Positions 21,701-35,100 of a DNA stretch of 64,000 nucleotides are shown one piece after another. The DNA comes from Tubiluchus corallicola (lineage: Eukaryota > Animalia > Priapulida), in the NCBI GenBank assembly GCA_030141605.1, contig JAQGDQ010000050.1, positions 569,971 through 633,970 of the forward strand, given 5' to 3'. How positions within the stretch are numbered: position 1 is the stretch's first letter; every line of letters begins with the position of its first letter. The position numbers were made by a program, and so were the translations under genes. The notes under the pieces are model-generated. The model made no database searches and was not told where the DNA came from. It saw only the letters and a program-made list of their open reading frames with translations.

Positions 21701-24700
21701 TGTTTGAACAAAAGCCATGTCTTTTCTTAAGTGGATGCTGGCTGTCATTTTTATTTTAAGAATTCATTTTTCCCATTACCAATCAGTTTTCAGCTATAAT
21801 TAATTATTGGGTTCGGTTTTTCTTTAACTATTACTGGGACATTAAATTTCTGTAAACCTTTGCGATTGACTGGTTCATTCATCCTTAACTATTTTATTTT
21901 TACCAATTTCAGCCTCGATAGACCTCACTTTAATACCAAAGTGTATCCGTGATAGGTGGAATCTTGCTGGTTTTCGTATACCGCAACAATCATCCGATAT
22001 ACAACCTAAATCAATGTCGGACGTTTGGTTAACGGATAACTTGGGCAAACAACAATTAATCATTCTCATCACAGCCACTTTTTATTTGCTATTTTGACAA
22101 GGCACTCAAGAAAGTAAAAGAGACAAATACACAAATTGCTCGTTGTAATTATTCTAAAGTACGTTCGAAATTCAACGAGTTTTGTTTCACAAAACAAGCT
22201 CTAGTCCAAAACGCCAAGCTTAGATTCGCACGTTCTTGCAAGTGTACGTTGCGTACGGGGCTCAGTTGGACTGTTTGAGCCTGTTTTCAATAGCTGTTTA
22301 TATTGCAAGGTGGCTCCATCTGCTATAATATTTGTTAAGCACTTGAGGTTCCGACAAAATTGGCTTACTAAAGTTTTTGCATGTAAGCTGTTTCCTGGTA
22401 ACGACAGGATTTTCTTCTTATTAACGTTAGTATTTACACTCTGGTGGCTTATGTCTACCTTACATCTAAGAGAAACGAAACTCAGATAAACTTCGTATTA
22501 ATTTTAACCAAAGCAAAGGGAACAAAAAATTTTTTCTGCGTATTGGCAACAAAACGTGAACTTAACGTGAAGTTTTTTCACATTCCCTGAATGAAACTTT
22601 AATTTTAATTGAGCGAGTTACCCATTTTAATGAGAAATAAAGAATTAATATATATATTTTCTTTGCCAGTAGCCACAAAACGGGACTATAATAAGTGAAA
22701 TTAAGGTATATACACTCGAGCAAATAATTTATAACGTGTGATAGCACAATTAAATATTAATCATTTGTGATGTTAATGTGAAACAATTTTGCTTTTCAGA
22801 TGGAAAATCTTGGAAAATTTATGTAATGAAAAACTGCATATTGAAAATCCGGTTTTGGAAATGTTTCAATGAAACTTTGCGACATGAGACCTCAAGAGAA
22901 CCGTTACAGACAATTTAGCTACATTTTCTTTGTGAATTATTGACCCGTTACGGCGCGAGATCTCTCTGAGAGTACTTTCTAAGAGTTCGCTCAATGAACA
23001 GAGATTGTCTGCAAGAACTTGCGAGAGAACTCCCAGCAACTCTCCAAGAGTTTGCAAAAAGTTGCCGAGAGAACTGGCAAAGCCGTTCACACTTGCGAGT
23101 CTACGTTCAGAGACACGCCTTTATTAATGATAGCTAATAGTTTTTGGGGGTTTGGATTCCGTGTGCATATTAGTACTGCACTCTTAAATTATTTATTGTG
23201 TTCTTCCTGTGTAATTTTGGGTTTTATGGATATTGTTATGACAGCTCAAATTTATAACTGCATTTTTGTTATTTCTGCATTTCTTTACTTGTATAATAGC
23301 AAATATTTCAATTTTATTAAAACAGTGTGGCAATCACATATGTCCTCGGCCTCTGACTCGAAGCTTGGGTATTCAAACATCAAAGCAAGCAAATATCAAT
23401 GTAGTATTCGTTATTGAATTGTTTGTATATAAGGTAAAATGGGCTAATGTCGGACAATGAGTTTTAGCTTTTCCTAAAACCTATCAACTTACCTGGAGGG
23501 TTGTTGATTTCCCTTCATTGATAATACTCCTACATCACATCTTCAGTACGGCATTTTCGCCGTTGCCTAGTCTTCTGGCAGCCGTGTGGTCGTGAACGTA
23601 CAAGCTCGTTCAGTGAATACATTTATCCTTAATTGTATTAACTTTTTTAATTTGCTGATAAACTGACCTAACGCATTAATTACAGCATCCTCTTCAGAAA
23701 TTGTTTATTTTGTTAAGTTACTTCTTCCGTGATGCTTTCGCGGAATCATGCCACACTTCGTAAAGCACCACATATTAGTTTGTTTATTATACAACCAGTG
23801 TACGACGTTACCCAAAGGCCTAGGCTAATGACGGACAATTGAATTTTTGTGTCCGACTTTGGCCTGAATTAATTGCTTGTGTTTAAGGTTTGCACTCATT
23901 ACAATTCAAATAGTAAAAAATGTTCGATTTACACAAGGCTCCTCAAGAAAAATTCATTTATGTCATTACGCTGACAAGTAAGCAAAGAGAACTTTGTACG
24001 ACTCAATTATTGACATAAATAAATCGCTTTGCTTTGTCATTTCTTCAACTAATTTATGCACTCTTCGACTGACTACGCCATAACCATTTACATTTGTTTT
24101 CTTTCCATTTGGCAGCCAGTTATCCCAAACTTCATGCTACATTGTTAGTTGCCAAGTTTGTTTAATAAATGAAATTATTGAACAAATAAAAATCTACATG
24201 GACTCTTACAGAATATTGTTACTCGCAACATGATAAAAGGCTCAAGTAAATGGGTGCTGCTTGTTAGAGATCCGAACAAAAATAGACATGCTAATTCGCT
24301 CGATGTCACCAACAGTCACCTGCGTAATAATTTATATAGAAATCACTTATTGTGTCGTTTTAATTAAGAACAAAATCTCGAAAGTGGCAAAAACACAACA
24401 TTACAATCTTATTAAGATCTCAGCAAAACGCCCGATGAACCAAGTTGCAAAGTTTGAAATGCATCTGGATGCTTTTTCGAGAAAATTATTGTTGGAAACA
24501 CTCTACTTTTTCAAATTAAGTGAATGGTCTTTTAGACTTTTCCAGTTTTCAGATATGATAAACAAAACCTTTAATGTCGATTTAGTTTGGGCTTTTAGTA
24601 AATGCTAGGATATTTCAAACAAGTTTTCATGTTTTGAGTGCAGTGCAAAATTCTAGGATCTTTAATTTTTAAAATAATAGCTTTGCCGTTTTTGTTAATT

Positions 24701-25036
24701 CTGAATTTTCCCTGTTCATGCACGCCAAACAGCATATGCTCCAAACCTTACACAGAAAAAGTGACACAGAAAAGACTGTAGTTCAACCTGTAAAAGATGT
24801 CGAACTGCTATGAACTCCAAAAACGCAAATTTAGAAAATGCTTTGAACAGATAACACACCTCATTCATATTAAAAATGAAAACCTTTCTTTCTGCAGGAT
24901 TTGAAAAAATCAAAATATTTATTTATTTGTTTACTTATCAGTTGATACGCAACGTATAAACAAAAATTATTTTCGAGTCAATGCTGCACAGAAAATAGGA
25001 AAGATACGTACATGGTGATGTCCTAATGACGTAGTT

Positions 25037-25623
25037 TCAGATAAGAAATTTTTGCTGAGATTGAGGTTTTATACCGAAAAGACGATAAAAGGCAAATTTT
25101 TCTCGTCGACTCGGTAGGAATATTTTCTCCCCAACAATCTTATCACGTTTTTTAGAATGTTCAGAAGGCTTTCTTGCCGAAACGCGCTCTGCTTGATGGC
25201 CTGGATAGAAACCTTGTATTGTATCGGTTTCGTTGTGGCAGTATTTAAAGGACTCGTCGCCAAAATCAGGTTTTCCGACCCCTAGCGGACAACTTCGGAA
25301 AAAGCTGTTAGAGCTGTTAGTACGAAATGGCGTATCCTTCACCAAGTCCCAAAGTTTCATTAATTCGAGTGGATAAATGCGGTGCGCCACTATTATCTTG
25401 TTGCACATGGAAGGTTCTTTGTACCTTAGAGTTGCGTAATTAGTCATAAGAATTCTTTCATTGTCATCAAGATAGGTGACATTTTCTATGAAGTATAGCC
25501 ACATTCTTGCAGCTATGCCACCTCGCGGATGACACAGAAGAATCCCTTTGTACAGCTTATGTAATAGTTCTTGAACAATGTTTCCAGACAACAACAAAAA
25601 ATATTCATCCATTCGTCTTTTAC
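25037..25623 (-). CDS. GT31-like gene, coding exon 2
   Basis: Within the 207-aa ORF; the CTTTTAG acceptor is in phase with exon 1. Confidence 0.82.
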
Positions 25624-26620
25624 CTAAAAGTATATAAAGTTTGAAAGTGTTCATAGGCAAGACTAAAGAACATATGCTGTCATATACAGGATATAAATAT
25701 TAACAAATCATCACTGCTCTTCTTCGCCATACGTGACTTCTGATGTCAAAGGTCACGCACTTCAGGTCGCCCAGCAGTCAAGCGGGTTTTAACCGTTTTA
25801 GTTAAATTTGCCCTGTGGATGACTTTCACGTGATATTACAGAATCATAGTACAAAATATTGTTAAAATCGAACCGCTAAGCGTTACTGCAAAAAGATAGC
25901 GGCTATAAGCAGGTAAGCAATTTAGGGTGAGGGACTTATGGTATGGCTTTGGAAATGCGAACTGAAATATACTGTGCACACTCGCAAACCAAAATTACAA
26001 GACACATTTTGAACATTTGGCTAAACCACGCCGCTTGTTAGCTTTATAAGACTGAGACCATCTATTCTTCTTGTTTACTGGTAACAAAACATTACCTTCT
26101 GCTATCCTGTCCATAACGATTGTATGTCGTTTCGCCAGTCTACTTTTTCGACAGTCTACTTTTTCGCCAGTGCACTTTTTAGACTGTAGACTGGCGATAA
26201 AGTGCACTGGCGAAAAAGTAGACGGCGAAAAATTAGGCTGGCGAAAAAGAAGACTGGCGAAAAAGTAGACTGACGAAAAAGTGGACTGGCGGAAAAGTAA
26301 ATTGGCGAAAAAGTTCACGGGCGAAAAAGTGCACTGGCGAAAAAGTAGTCTGGCGAAAAAGTAGACTGGCGAAAAAGTAAATTGGCGAAAAAGTTCACGG
26401 GCGAAAAAGTGCACTGGCGAAAAAGTAGTCTGGCGAAAAAGTAGACTGGCGAAGTGGGCGATTACCGATGAAACAATGTTCTTAGTTCACGATAATTTGT
26501 TTTATTCAGAAATGTGTACTTACCGAGCCGACCTAACCTATTAGTCGCTTAAAGTTAATGATACTAAATATACCTAAATATTTTTTACTCATTTAGTTCT
26601 GTATATTACAGTATTGCAGG

Positions 26621-26681
<61 letters not shown>

Positions 26682-26787
26682 ATGGATGGATGGATGGATG
26701 GATGGATGGATGGATGGATGGATGGATGGATGGATGGATGGATGGATGGATGGATGGATGGATGGATGGATGGATGGATATATATAT

Positions 26788-26847
<60 letters not shown>

Positions 26848-27483
26848 TATAAACTGTGCCTTTAAAAAACATTAATTACTTTGCCAATAGCAAGATATTG
26901 TTGCCAAGTACATACGTTTATTCTTTACACATCTTCGGTAACCCCAATTTACTTTGTTATATGGTAAGACGGTGAGTTCTACTCTTAATTTCTGTACACA
27001 CAAAAACGTATCGTCGTCTATTCTCAGAAAATACTTGAAATCATATCGTTTTGAAGCCCAGTCCATCATCCAAGTAATACGTTTACCAAAATTTAATCCG
27101 GTAGGCGTCTCTGCCAGCACAATATCACTGTTGAGTTTTGCTTCTTTAACCAGAGGATTTAAGACAGAATCGTTCTCTCTTTCTCCATAGGTATCGAGCA
27201 CAGGCACGATAAACACACATACAACGTCATCAAAATCTTTACACCACTTCATCCAAGTAGAACGCACTGCGTCCCTTCTATCTACATAAATAGGTGCGCT
27301 CATAATGCCCACGAATAGCAAAATTTTTTCTTTAAGGTGCAAGTCGTAGTTTGACATCATGTCGTGTCCAAAAATTTTGACATTGTTAGACTGGTTTTCA
27401 TAGCGAACAGATCTATAGATAAAAACGTACGCAGCAACTAACAGCAGTAGTACGTTCAACAGCAATATTCTTTGACTGCGCAT
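25037..27483 (-). CDS. GT31-family beta-1,3-galactosyltransferase-like type II membrane glycosyltransferase, two coding exons, about 384 aa
   Basis: Exons 27483-26916 and 25623-25037 (AAAC|GTATGT...TTTTAG|GT, phase 1). Signal anchor [18 protein letters not shown]; motifs [19 protein letters not shown] and [10 protein letters not shown] (DxD). Confidence 0.88.
26117..26468. mobile_element. foldback element with inverted arrays of a 17-bp unit (CTGGCGAAAAAGTAGA-like)
   Basis: About 3 units in reverse orientation (TTTCGCCAGTCTACTT, 26130-26180) face about 15 forward units (26186-26453). It lies in the GT31 intron. Confidence 0.85.
26620..26850. repeat. compound microsatellite (CT)n(AT)n(GGAT)n(AT)n
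   Basis: Directly visible. Confidence 0.98.
26916..27483 (-). CDS. GT31-like gene, coding exon 1
   Basis: MRSQRILLL start, Galactosyl_T motifs, GTATGT donor. Confidence 0.88.
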
Positions 27484-29239
27484 TATACCAATTTCTTCAC
27501 TGTTTGGATGCTTAATGTCACCTCTTCCTAAAACAAAATTACTCGTGACTGATGGCAATACATAAGGAAGAAATAGTACAGTCCAAGCAATTGAGAGAAC
27601 GTACCTAAACTTTCTCTGTCCTGATTTGTGACACGGAGATAGTGGGGAGACTCGACAACAATGCGTGAGCCTCTTGGTACAAGTGGAATTACTAAACATT
27701 TATTTATTAAGAATTTCACAAAATTAACAAATTACGTAACATTATTACATGATTGTCAGTTTCTACTAAAAATTAAACTTATCAACTTGCAAAAATTGCC
27801 TGTCCACAAAAGCTGCCCATCCCTGCCTGATTTATAGTTTCACCTGCAGATCTATTGCTATACCACTAACACCTAATACTACAAGAGTGCTGTAAGATAT
27901 CGAAGCCATTGTGTGGCCTTGCAATAAGCCCTACACAACAAAATTACAGTAGTTATAAAAATAACCGTACGTATGTGACCTATAGCTTATGTGTGCATTT
28001 CACAATTCATGACTGTGGCTAGTCTAAGTGTGAAGCAGAAGTCCTCTCTATTTTAGTTAAAGATAATCTGGCGTAGATAGTGCCGATGACTACGACGACA
28101 ACGACGATGGTTATTATGATGAATGTGATGAATAGGATGAGTTTGATAAAATAGTGAAGATGACGATGATTTGTTATTATAATGACCATGGCGATGACAC
28201 GACTGGGATAATCGATCAACCATACTGTGTGTGACCTTGACTTCTCAATTTGACATTTGATCTTTGCTCTTATAAGTAAAGATGGTCTCAAGACGGAAAG
28301 TTTCAAAGCCAAATTCCATCGAGCTCCAAGAAATGTAATCTCGTCGGTGGAAAATGCTATGAAGCGGTTATCATAGAGACTTATCAGGTAGGTAGTTGAA
28401 AGCATTAGGTACTATACAATGGCTTTCATACCTGCCTCTACAACATTTACTAAAAGCGGGTTAGTGGGATAAGTTTTTTCGTTAATGTCTTTGTAATTAT
28501 GAAAATTATGCAAAAAATGAGGCAAGGCCAGGATAACAACGGACTCACTTATTGATGGAAAGTGACTTGTTTGTTCCATTCAATTTTGTAAACTTGTCTA
28601 GCACTTATCAGCGGGAAACTGGAAATGGCTGTAGGCTAATTTATGGTTAACCGTAATCTATAGTAATCAAGCTAACAAAGCTATGTGTGCTTTCTGTAAA
28701 ATTTAATCAAACTAAAGATCTTCTAAGGTCAAATTCCGCCTGTATGTAGAGCTTGAAAAGCAATGTCACAAAATACTAAATGTTGACTCTGCTCATACTA
28801 CTGATGCCGAATTGATAACTTTACTTCGTTAACTCTAAACATGCCAACTTTAAATTCGACGACTGTTGTAACTTCAAAAGATACTCTGTCCTACACCGCT
28901 GACAATTTAGGCCTAATGTACTATAGCACTCTGCATAATAAAATTATGTTTGGTAATATAAAGTACGTGTTTGACTAATTCATGGTTGATAAGAAGTAAA
29001 ATTGATGATAAAATTAAAATTATCGTAGTTTCTCTTTTTCATCTGTAGGTTAACAATTTAATCACCTAATGGAACAAACTCATTTTAGTACACAATACGT
29101 AAAATGAGAATTTTATGTTACAAGCAGTTTCTAGTAGTAGTTGTATGTTTATTGACCAATATTACAGGAATATCATTACAAATTAACACTTTATTTGATA
29201 ATTAGTCCAACAAATTGGATAAATCATTGCTCTTTCCTT

Positions 29240-30740
29240 CAAGTACTAGATCGGTATTTAAAACAGCTGCATACAATCAAATACGTATTTTAAAATCAAG
29301 TAAGTATCGGTGCAATTAAACAAGTTGCCTATGTTTTCAAAGTTACGCCCGAGATTCCTATTATTATAGATGTTTCTAAGACACTCACAAATTTTAAATT
29401 CACAAAGAACATGTTGCTCTGTTTGTGCACTTTCCCCACATTTCCCCACATTGGCATAGCCTATCTTGTCGAATTACATGGTTCCACCTTCCTGTCTCCA
29501 GATGAAAATTGTGTGCTGATATGTGGGCTGGTAAACGCATCTTGTCCAAAAAAATTCTGTTCTTTTCAACTACATAGATGTTCTTTGCATAAATTTCTTG
29601 AGGTATCAAGTCTGGGTTTATTTGTATGTACACAAAAACCTTTAAACTAGCTAATCTCCTCAATGTTTCTAAGCGCAGCTCCTTGTCCATAACCAAAGGT
29701 GAACGGTTTAAGTTGGCGAGTCTTACGATTTCTCTAAATGATTGCGCCAGTTGCATTGCCGTGCAATGTATATGCACTGATTCAAAGACTCATGTCGATT
29801 CGCGTTTATTTTCCGAAGAAATTTGTAATGGCAGTTTTGGACGAGGGCTCTCAATCTATGTCAAGTCCATGGGGCGCCAGATCATTACACGTAGTGTGTC
29901 GTACACCCAAACAATCTTTTATGCATTGGTAATAAAAGGTCCTAAATGATGAGACGCACTTTCCTGACCAAGCCCCCACCCGTATAAAATAGATGAGAGG
30001 AGAGCTGATTTCAATACCAATTTCTTTTTCCATACTGTGCTGTCATAATTCTTTTGGAAAATGCTATATATGTGAAAATTTGTCCTTTAATTGGCTAGCA
30101 ATGCATGTTTTTAGTTTTCCATCAGCAGAAATGACAGATCCAATGTACGTGTAAGTGCTGCACACTGATATAGAACTACCGTTTTCTTTTAAATTTTCGA
30201 AATCTGTCCTACTGCCGTTTATCACCATGAATTTCGTCTTGATATTGTTCATTGTAAGACCGTCCTCGTACAAAATTCATGCGTAATTGTAATTTGTGCT
30301 CTAGATGATGAAAGTATAACAGAGCCGTCCATAAAAAGAAGAAAATGCAGAGACGAGAGGAAACCATCATTTGGTAAAAGCTTAAGTTTCCTTACTAAAG
30401 GATTAATGAAGAGTGTGAAAAGCAGACAGCGGCTTGGTGCTCCTTGTCGTACTCCAACATTAGTGGCTACGTTCAGATTGTTTAGCACTGCGTATGATTC
30501 GCCATACATTGCCCACAATGCATTGGCCATATGCTTCCCGCAGCCAGGTTTTACTAGCTCTTCTATTAGCTTTGCCCTGCAGATAATGTTATATGCAGTT
30601 TTGAAATCCACAAAAAGATTGAACAGTTTTTTACATTTTTTTTCTACATCATTCGGGAGTCTCAAGGCAACAGTATTCTCTAAGCAACCTCTTTTTTTCT
30701 TGTGCGCCTGACTGCTCATAATCTAGTGACCGTCACCACT
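29240..30740 (-). mobile_element. decayed non-LTR retrotransposon (LINE): RT and C-terminal zinc-finger-like region
   Basis: Frameshifted pieces LFVDFKTAYN, VGVRQGAPS, LLFMDG, NIKTKFMVI, YTYIGSVI, HNFHLETGRW...RLCQCG and EQHVLCE. Confidence 0.9.
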
Positions 30741-31873
30741 AGACATTTTAAGCCAAATTTTTTGACGTTTTAAATCTCGCTCAGTCTCATAACGTGGTAC
30801 CACAATAACTGCTAAATATTTATGCGCCTCTAGTGTGTTCAGAAGACTCTTGCATTTAATTACAAAACCTCTGGTGGTAATAGAAACGCCAATTATAACT
30901 GTAACAATATCAGCGTCCTGTAAAATATTCATGTAGAAAAGTTTGTGAATTTACCTGGGAACGATGCCAAAAACAGAACAAAAAAGTATAACCATAACAT
31001 TCTCATTATCGGAATAAAAGTTTAAAACTTTGTTACACTTTCAATAAGATTTTTAAAAAAGCACAAGGACAAGCTCCTAGACGAAACCGATGAGATAAAT
31101 TTCACGGAATGCAGGCCTATACTAATATCACTATCTAATGTGAAAATAACTCCATCTTTTTTAAAACTGTTTTAAAAACTCACCTTTCTAAATTGTATGA
31201 TGTTAATGTATTGGTTTTACTATAATTTCGGCTGTTTGTTTTTACTTTTAATTGTCTTAATTCTTTGTCTTCTTCAGCTTTTGTTGTTGTTGTTGTTGCT
31301 ACTTTTTAATTATTATTATTCATAAATCATTACATTGTACAGAGCATGCGTTAAACTTACTTTAATTTTCTAGACAGACATAATTCAAAGGGCATTTTAA
31401 GATACAATAACAATAACGTCACATGACAGCATGCCAAACATAGTGACACGTATTATGATTTACGACTACAGTCAAATAAGCTGGTGGCATGCATGGTTGC
31501 AGGTTTTTGGAGCATTTTAACTTGTACTTGCATTATTTTTTTCCAAAACCTAAATAATAGAGAAGCAGAAAGAAGATGTACGAATACACCGTTTAACTGC
31601 TTTGAAGGACTTATAGTTTGCAAGTTTTACGTTGCAGCATTAGCAATTTCCATTTAAACTCAAGAAGGCATACCTGTGCTTAGTGAACTGTGGCCTATAA
31701 CGCTTATGTTATAGGTTTATGCACTGATGCACTTAGAGTATCATAAATACGCATACTTAAACTGCTGCAGATAACACTTGAAAACAGACTTTGAATTTGA
31801 AGAATTACTGCGTCAAGCGCTGGACCAGTATTTTTGATAGTTTTCGTGTGTTCTGTGGTCAAACCAAGCCACC

Positions 31874-32104
31874 ATGGAGAACAACACAGAGTCGGAAGAT
31901 GCGAACAATTTTGCAAATATCAAAGTAGCCAATAAAATTTTGCTTGTAATTTTGTTAGTGCTCATTATGCTTGCCATGGGATGTACAATAAGCGTACAGG
32001 AGTTATGGACTCACCTGAAGAGACCCTGGGGCATTCTGATTGGAATGCTGTCTCAGTTTCTGCTACTGCCTCTCATTGCTTTCGGTTTAGGACACGTATT
32101 ACAG
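31874..32104 (+). CDS. SLC10A-like exon 1
   Basis: ATG to CAG|GTAGGC. Confidence 0.93.
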
Positions 32105-35100
32105 GTAGGCAAAACTATGAACGATGTTAAATGTCAATTATATTAAAGCCAGTCAATTGACTCCGCATTTTCTGGTTTTGGACTTTTAGCATTAATGCGT
32201 TTGTTTATAAAACGAACGCAGCAGTAAACACTGCAAATTAAATTTAGCATATTTTACTTCAACAATATCATTCTGGTGTATCACAAAAACACTAATAACA
32301 GAACTGTGCCTCACAAAAAGTCCCTTCACAACAAAATTTAGCATCAATGTGGCAAATCAGCCGACCTTATTATAATCACAATACGATGTGTAAATTTATT
32401 GACCATTGTAGAAAAAAACGACATAGAATGCGTGGTTTAGTTGTTTGTTCTAGCTACAAAATGGAAAACGAGCAGATCAATTAATGAGCAAATGCTTAAT
32501 GTAGGAGTACGATATCAAGAGTAATAGTAATTGCAAGCTTTTTGTCTATCTCGGACGCGTCCAAATGACCAGTCCCCTGTAACAGGATATACAAAATTTT
32601 GATTCTGCCAGCTCTTTTTATTTCGTTTAATATCAAAAGTTGTACGGGAATTGTGCGCTTTGAGAAATTAAAAAATTTAAAAGAATTTAGTGTAATTTAG
32701 TATAACTTTGTCGAATTTCTTTAACACGAATATAAAGTAACATTGTAATAATTATAAATACGTGTAAGCCATACAGTTATAGACCTATACATTATCATTA
32801 GTTGGAGTGGTACCACTGTCTTGTGTTACTCAAATTAATACGATACACAGCATTCCGAAACGACGAGTTGCATGCCGTGTAAAACGTGTATTTTTTTCAT
32901 TTTATGAATTTGCGAATTTTATGTATATGTATATTCTTATATTCTTTCGAGTTTGTGTTGAATTTAATACCTGGATTTAGAATATGATTTTACGTACTTT
33001 CTTTTCTTTCGTATGAAAATTTATACAGCTGTTACTGCTATTGCACTGAATATTTTTTCTGATTTTGAAACACTTGCTTTGGGTAATCTGAGAAATATAA
33101 TCAGAGCATAGCCTATTGTTTACTGAAACGTGATGATATCAAATTGAAATAAATTAAGCCTAACTATTCATTCAGTTTTTCATTTCATAGATGACAGCGC
33201 CCCAAGCAATTAGTGTTCTGGTGATGGGATGTTGCCCGGGAGGTACAACATCTAACATATTTACCTACTGGAGTGAAGGAGACGTAGCTCTGAGGTAAAC
33301 ATACTACTAATGGCTTGTTGTCTCCTATTGTGTCACTCTCAAACTTACCAAAGCAGAAGGTAGGAAAATATTATAATGATTTTCATTATTGATCTTTCAG
33401 CATTTGCATGACCTGCTTGTCTACCCTTCTGGCACTTGGAATGATGCCTCTCAATCTTTTCATATACAGTCGCAGTTGGACGGATGAAAGAGCAGTCATT
33501 CCCTACGCAAAAATAGCCATAGCTCTGGCTTCCACCGCTGCTCCAGCCATAGTGGGAGTGTTCATACGTCACAAATTCCCAAAGTTAGCTAACGTCATTA
33601 CCAAAGTAAGAAGATTGTTACATGATGTACGATTATAAATTAAAGCCAGAATATAATCGTGGACCAGGAAATGCCGTTCTCTTAAATTTAGTGTGGCAAA
33701 TCGGAAATCCCATGCAAATCGATGCTGAATTCGTTCTAGCCGAGTATTGTTTATTAAGTTAAAGTACATGGAGACGTGAAACATAATAATTTAGGCCCTG
33801 TGAGTAAAGCACAAACAAAAACAAGAAAAAATAAGTACATGGGCGCAAATAAATTAATTAAGTTACTATTCTTGAAATGTAGGGGCGTAGCGTCTAGTAT
33901 ATTAGTGTAAAGTTTATTGACGATCCGTTTCTAATTGGCAGAGTTTTATGCTTTTTCGAAACTTCGCCAAAGCTATCGCCGCCATCTTGAACTGACAGCG
34001 AAAATCCGGCTCCACTAATCGATGCGGAATTCGTTCTAGTATACTCCTATAAAGTTTGATGACGATTCATTGCGAATTGGTGAAGCTTGGGTTTTTCGAA
34101 AATTATATGTCCCCACCATCTTGAATTCAAAATGGCTGATCGAAAATTTGACTCTCCCCACCCCGATGCGATGCGGAATTTCTTTTAGATTCGCGTAAAG
34201 TTTCATGAACGATTTCTTGCGAATTTGTTGCGCATAAGCTCTTTTAAAAAGGTCATCCCCAACAAGAACAACAACAACATAATCCAGATGAGTAGCGATT
34301 TAGATCGAGTCGCTCGACTACAAATGTTCGTGCCTAAAATTACTTGGCCTAAAGTTAAAGCTAAACAAAAAAGTCGTTTTCTTACGAAAGAACGCAGTTT
34401 TACTTAGCAGCTAAAAACAGTATTTTGAATTAGTTGATTCTAGATCAAGAAAATGGCAAATATGTAAGAAATTCAATGGAGAGTTACAACTAAACGATGT
34501 GTGTGCAGGCCATTCATTTTCGGGGATTAACAAGTCCAAGTCCTAATTCCCAATATATAAATGCTGACAGTATACAGCTTAAAAGACAGGAAAACCGTTT
34601 ACTCACACAAAGCTAAAAATCGTCTTGAAATTTTGTATCACACATGTACTGCTTTATTGCACACAGAGCTTACATTAGTAGCTTTGTATATATAAAACCT
34701 GAAAATTTAAACTCTCGCGATGACCGTTACGCGCATCCATTTTGACCGTAGGTCGTTTCATACAAGTTTAGATACAGTAATATTACGTAAAATTTGAAAA
34801 TCTAATCTGAGCATTCGTAGAGCACACTTCGCTAACAAAGCAAAAGTACAAATCACACTTTATCATGTCAAAAAAATTAATTTTGTCTTTTGGTGAGTCA
34901 GTGGTGCACACTGAGAAGGTAAATGATGTTTTACCAGTTGACGGAAACATTTTAAATTACTAAGAATTTTCTATTCTAGTTACAGGTAAGGGTAAGCATA
35001 ATGCCAAGTAATATAACTTTGTATGGAAGGTTTTTTTGGGATTAAAATTGCCATGTCTTCCACTTTAAGTTAGCAATACTGCTTCGTCCTTCTGTAATGA

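Noticed and set aside
27484-27699. 72-aa N-terminal extension of the GT31 ORF
   Set aside because: Non-ATG start and an internal acceptor (TTTTGTTTTAG at 27528); the signal anchor follows ATG 27483 directly.
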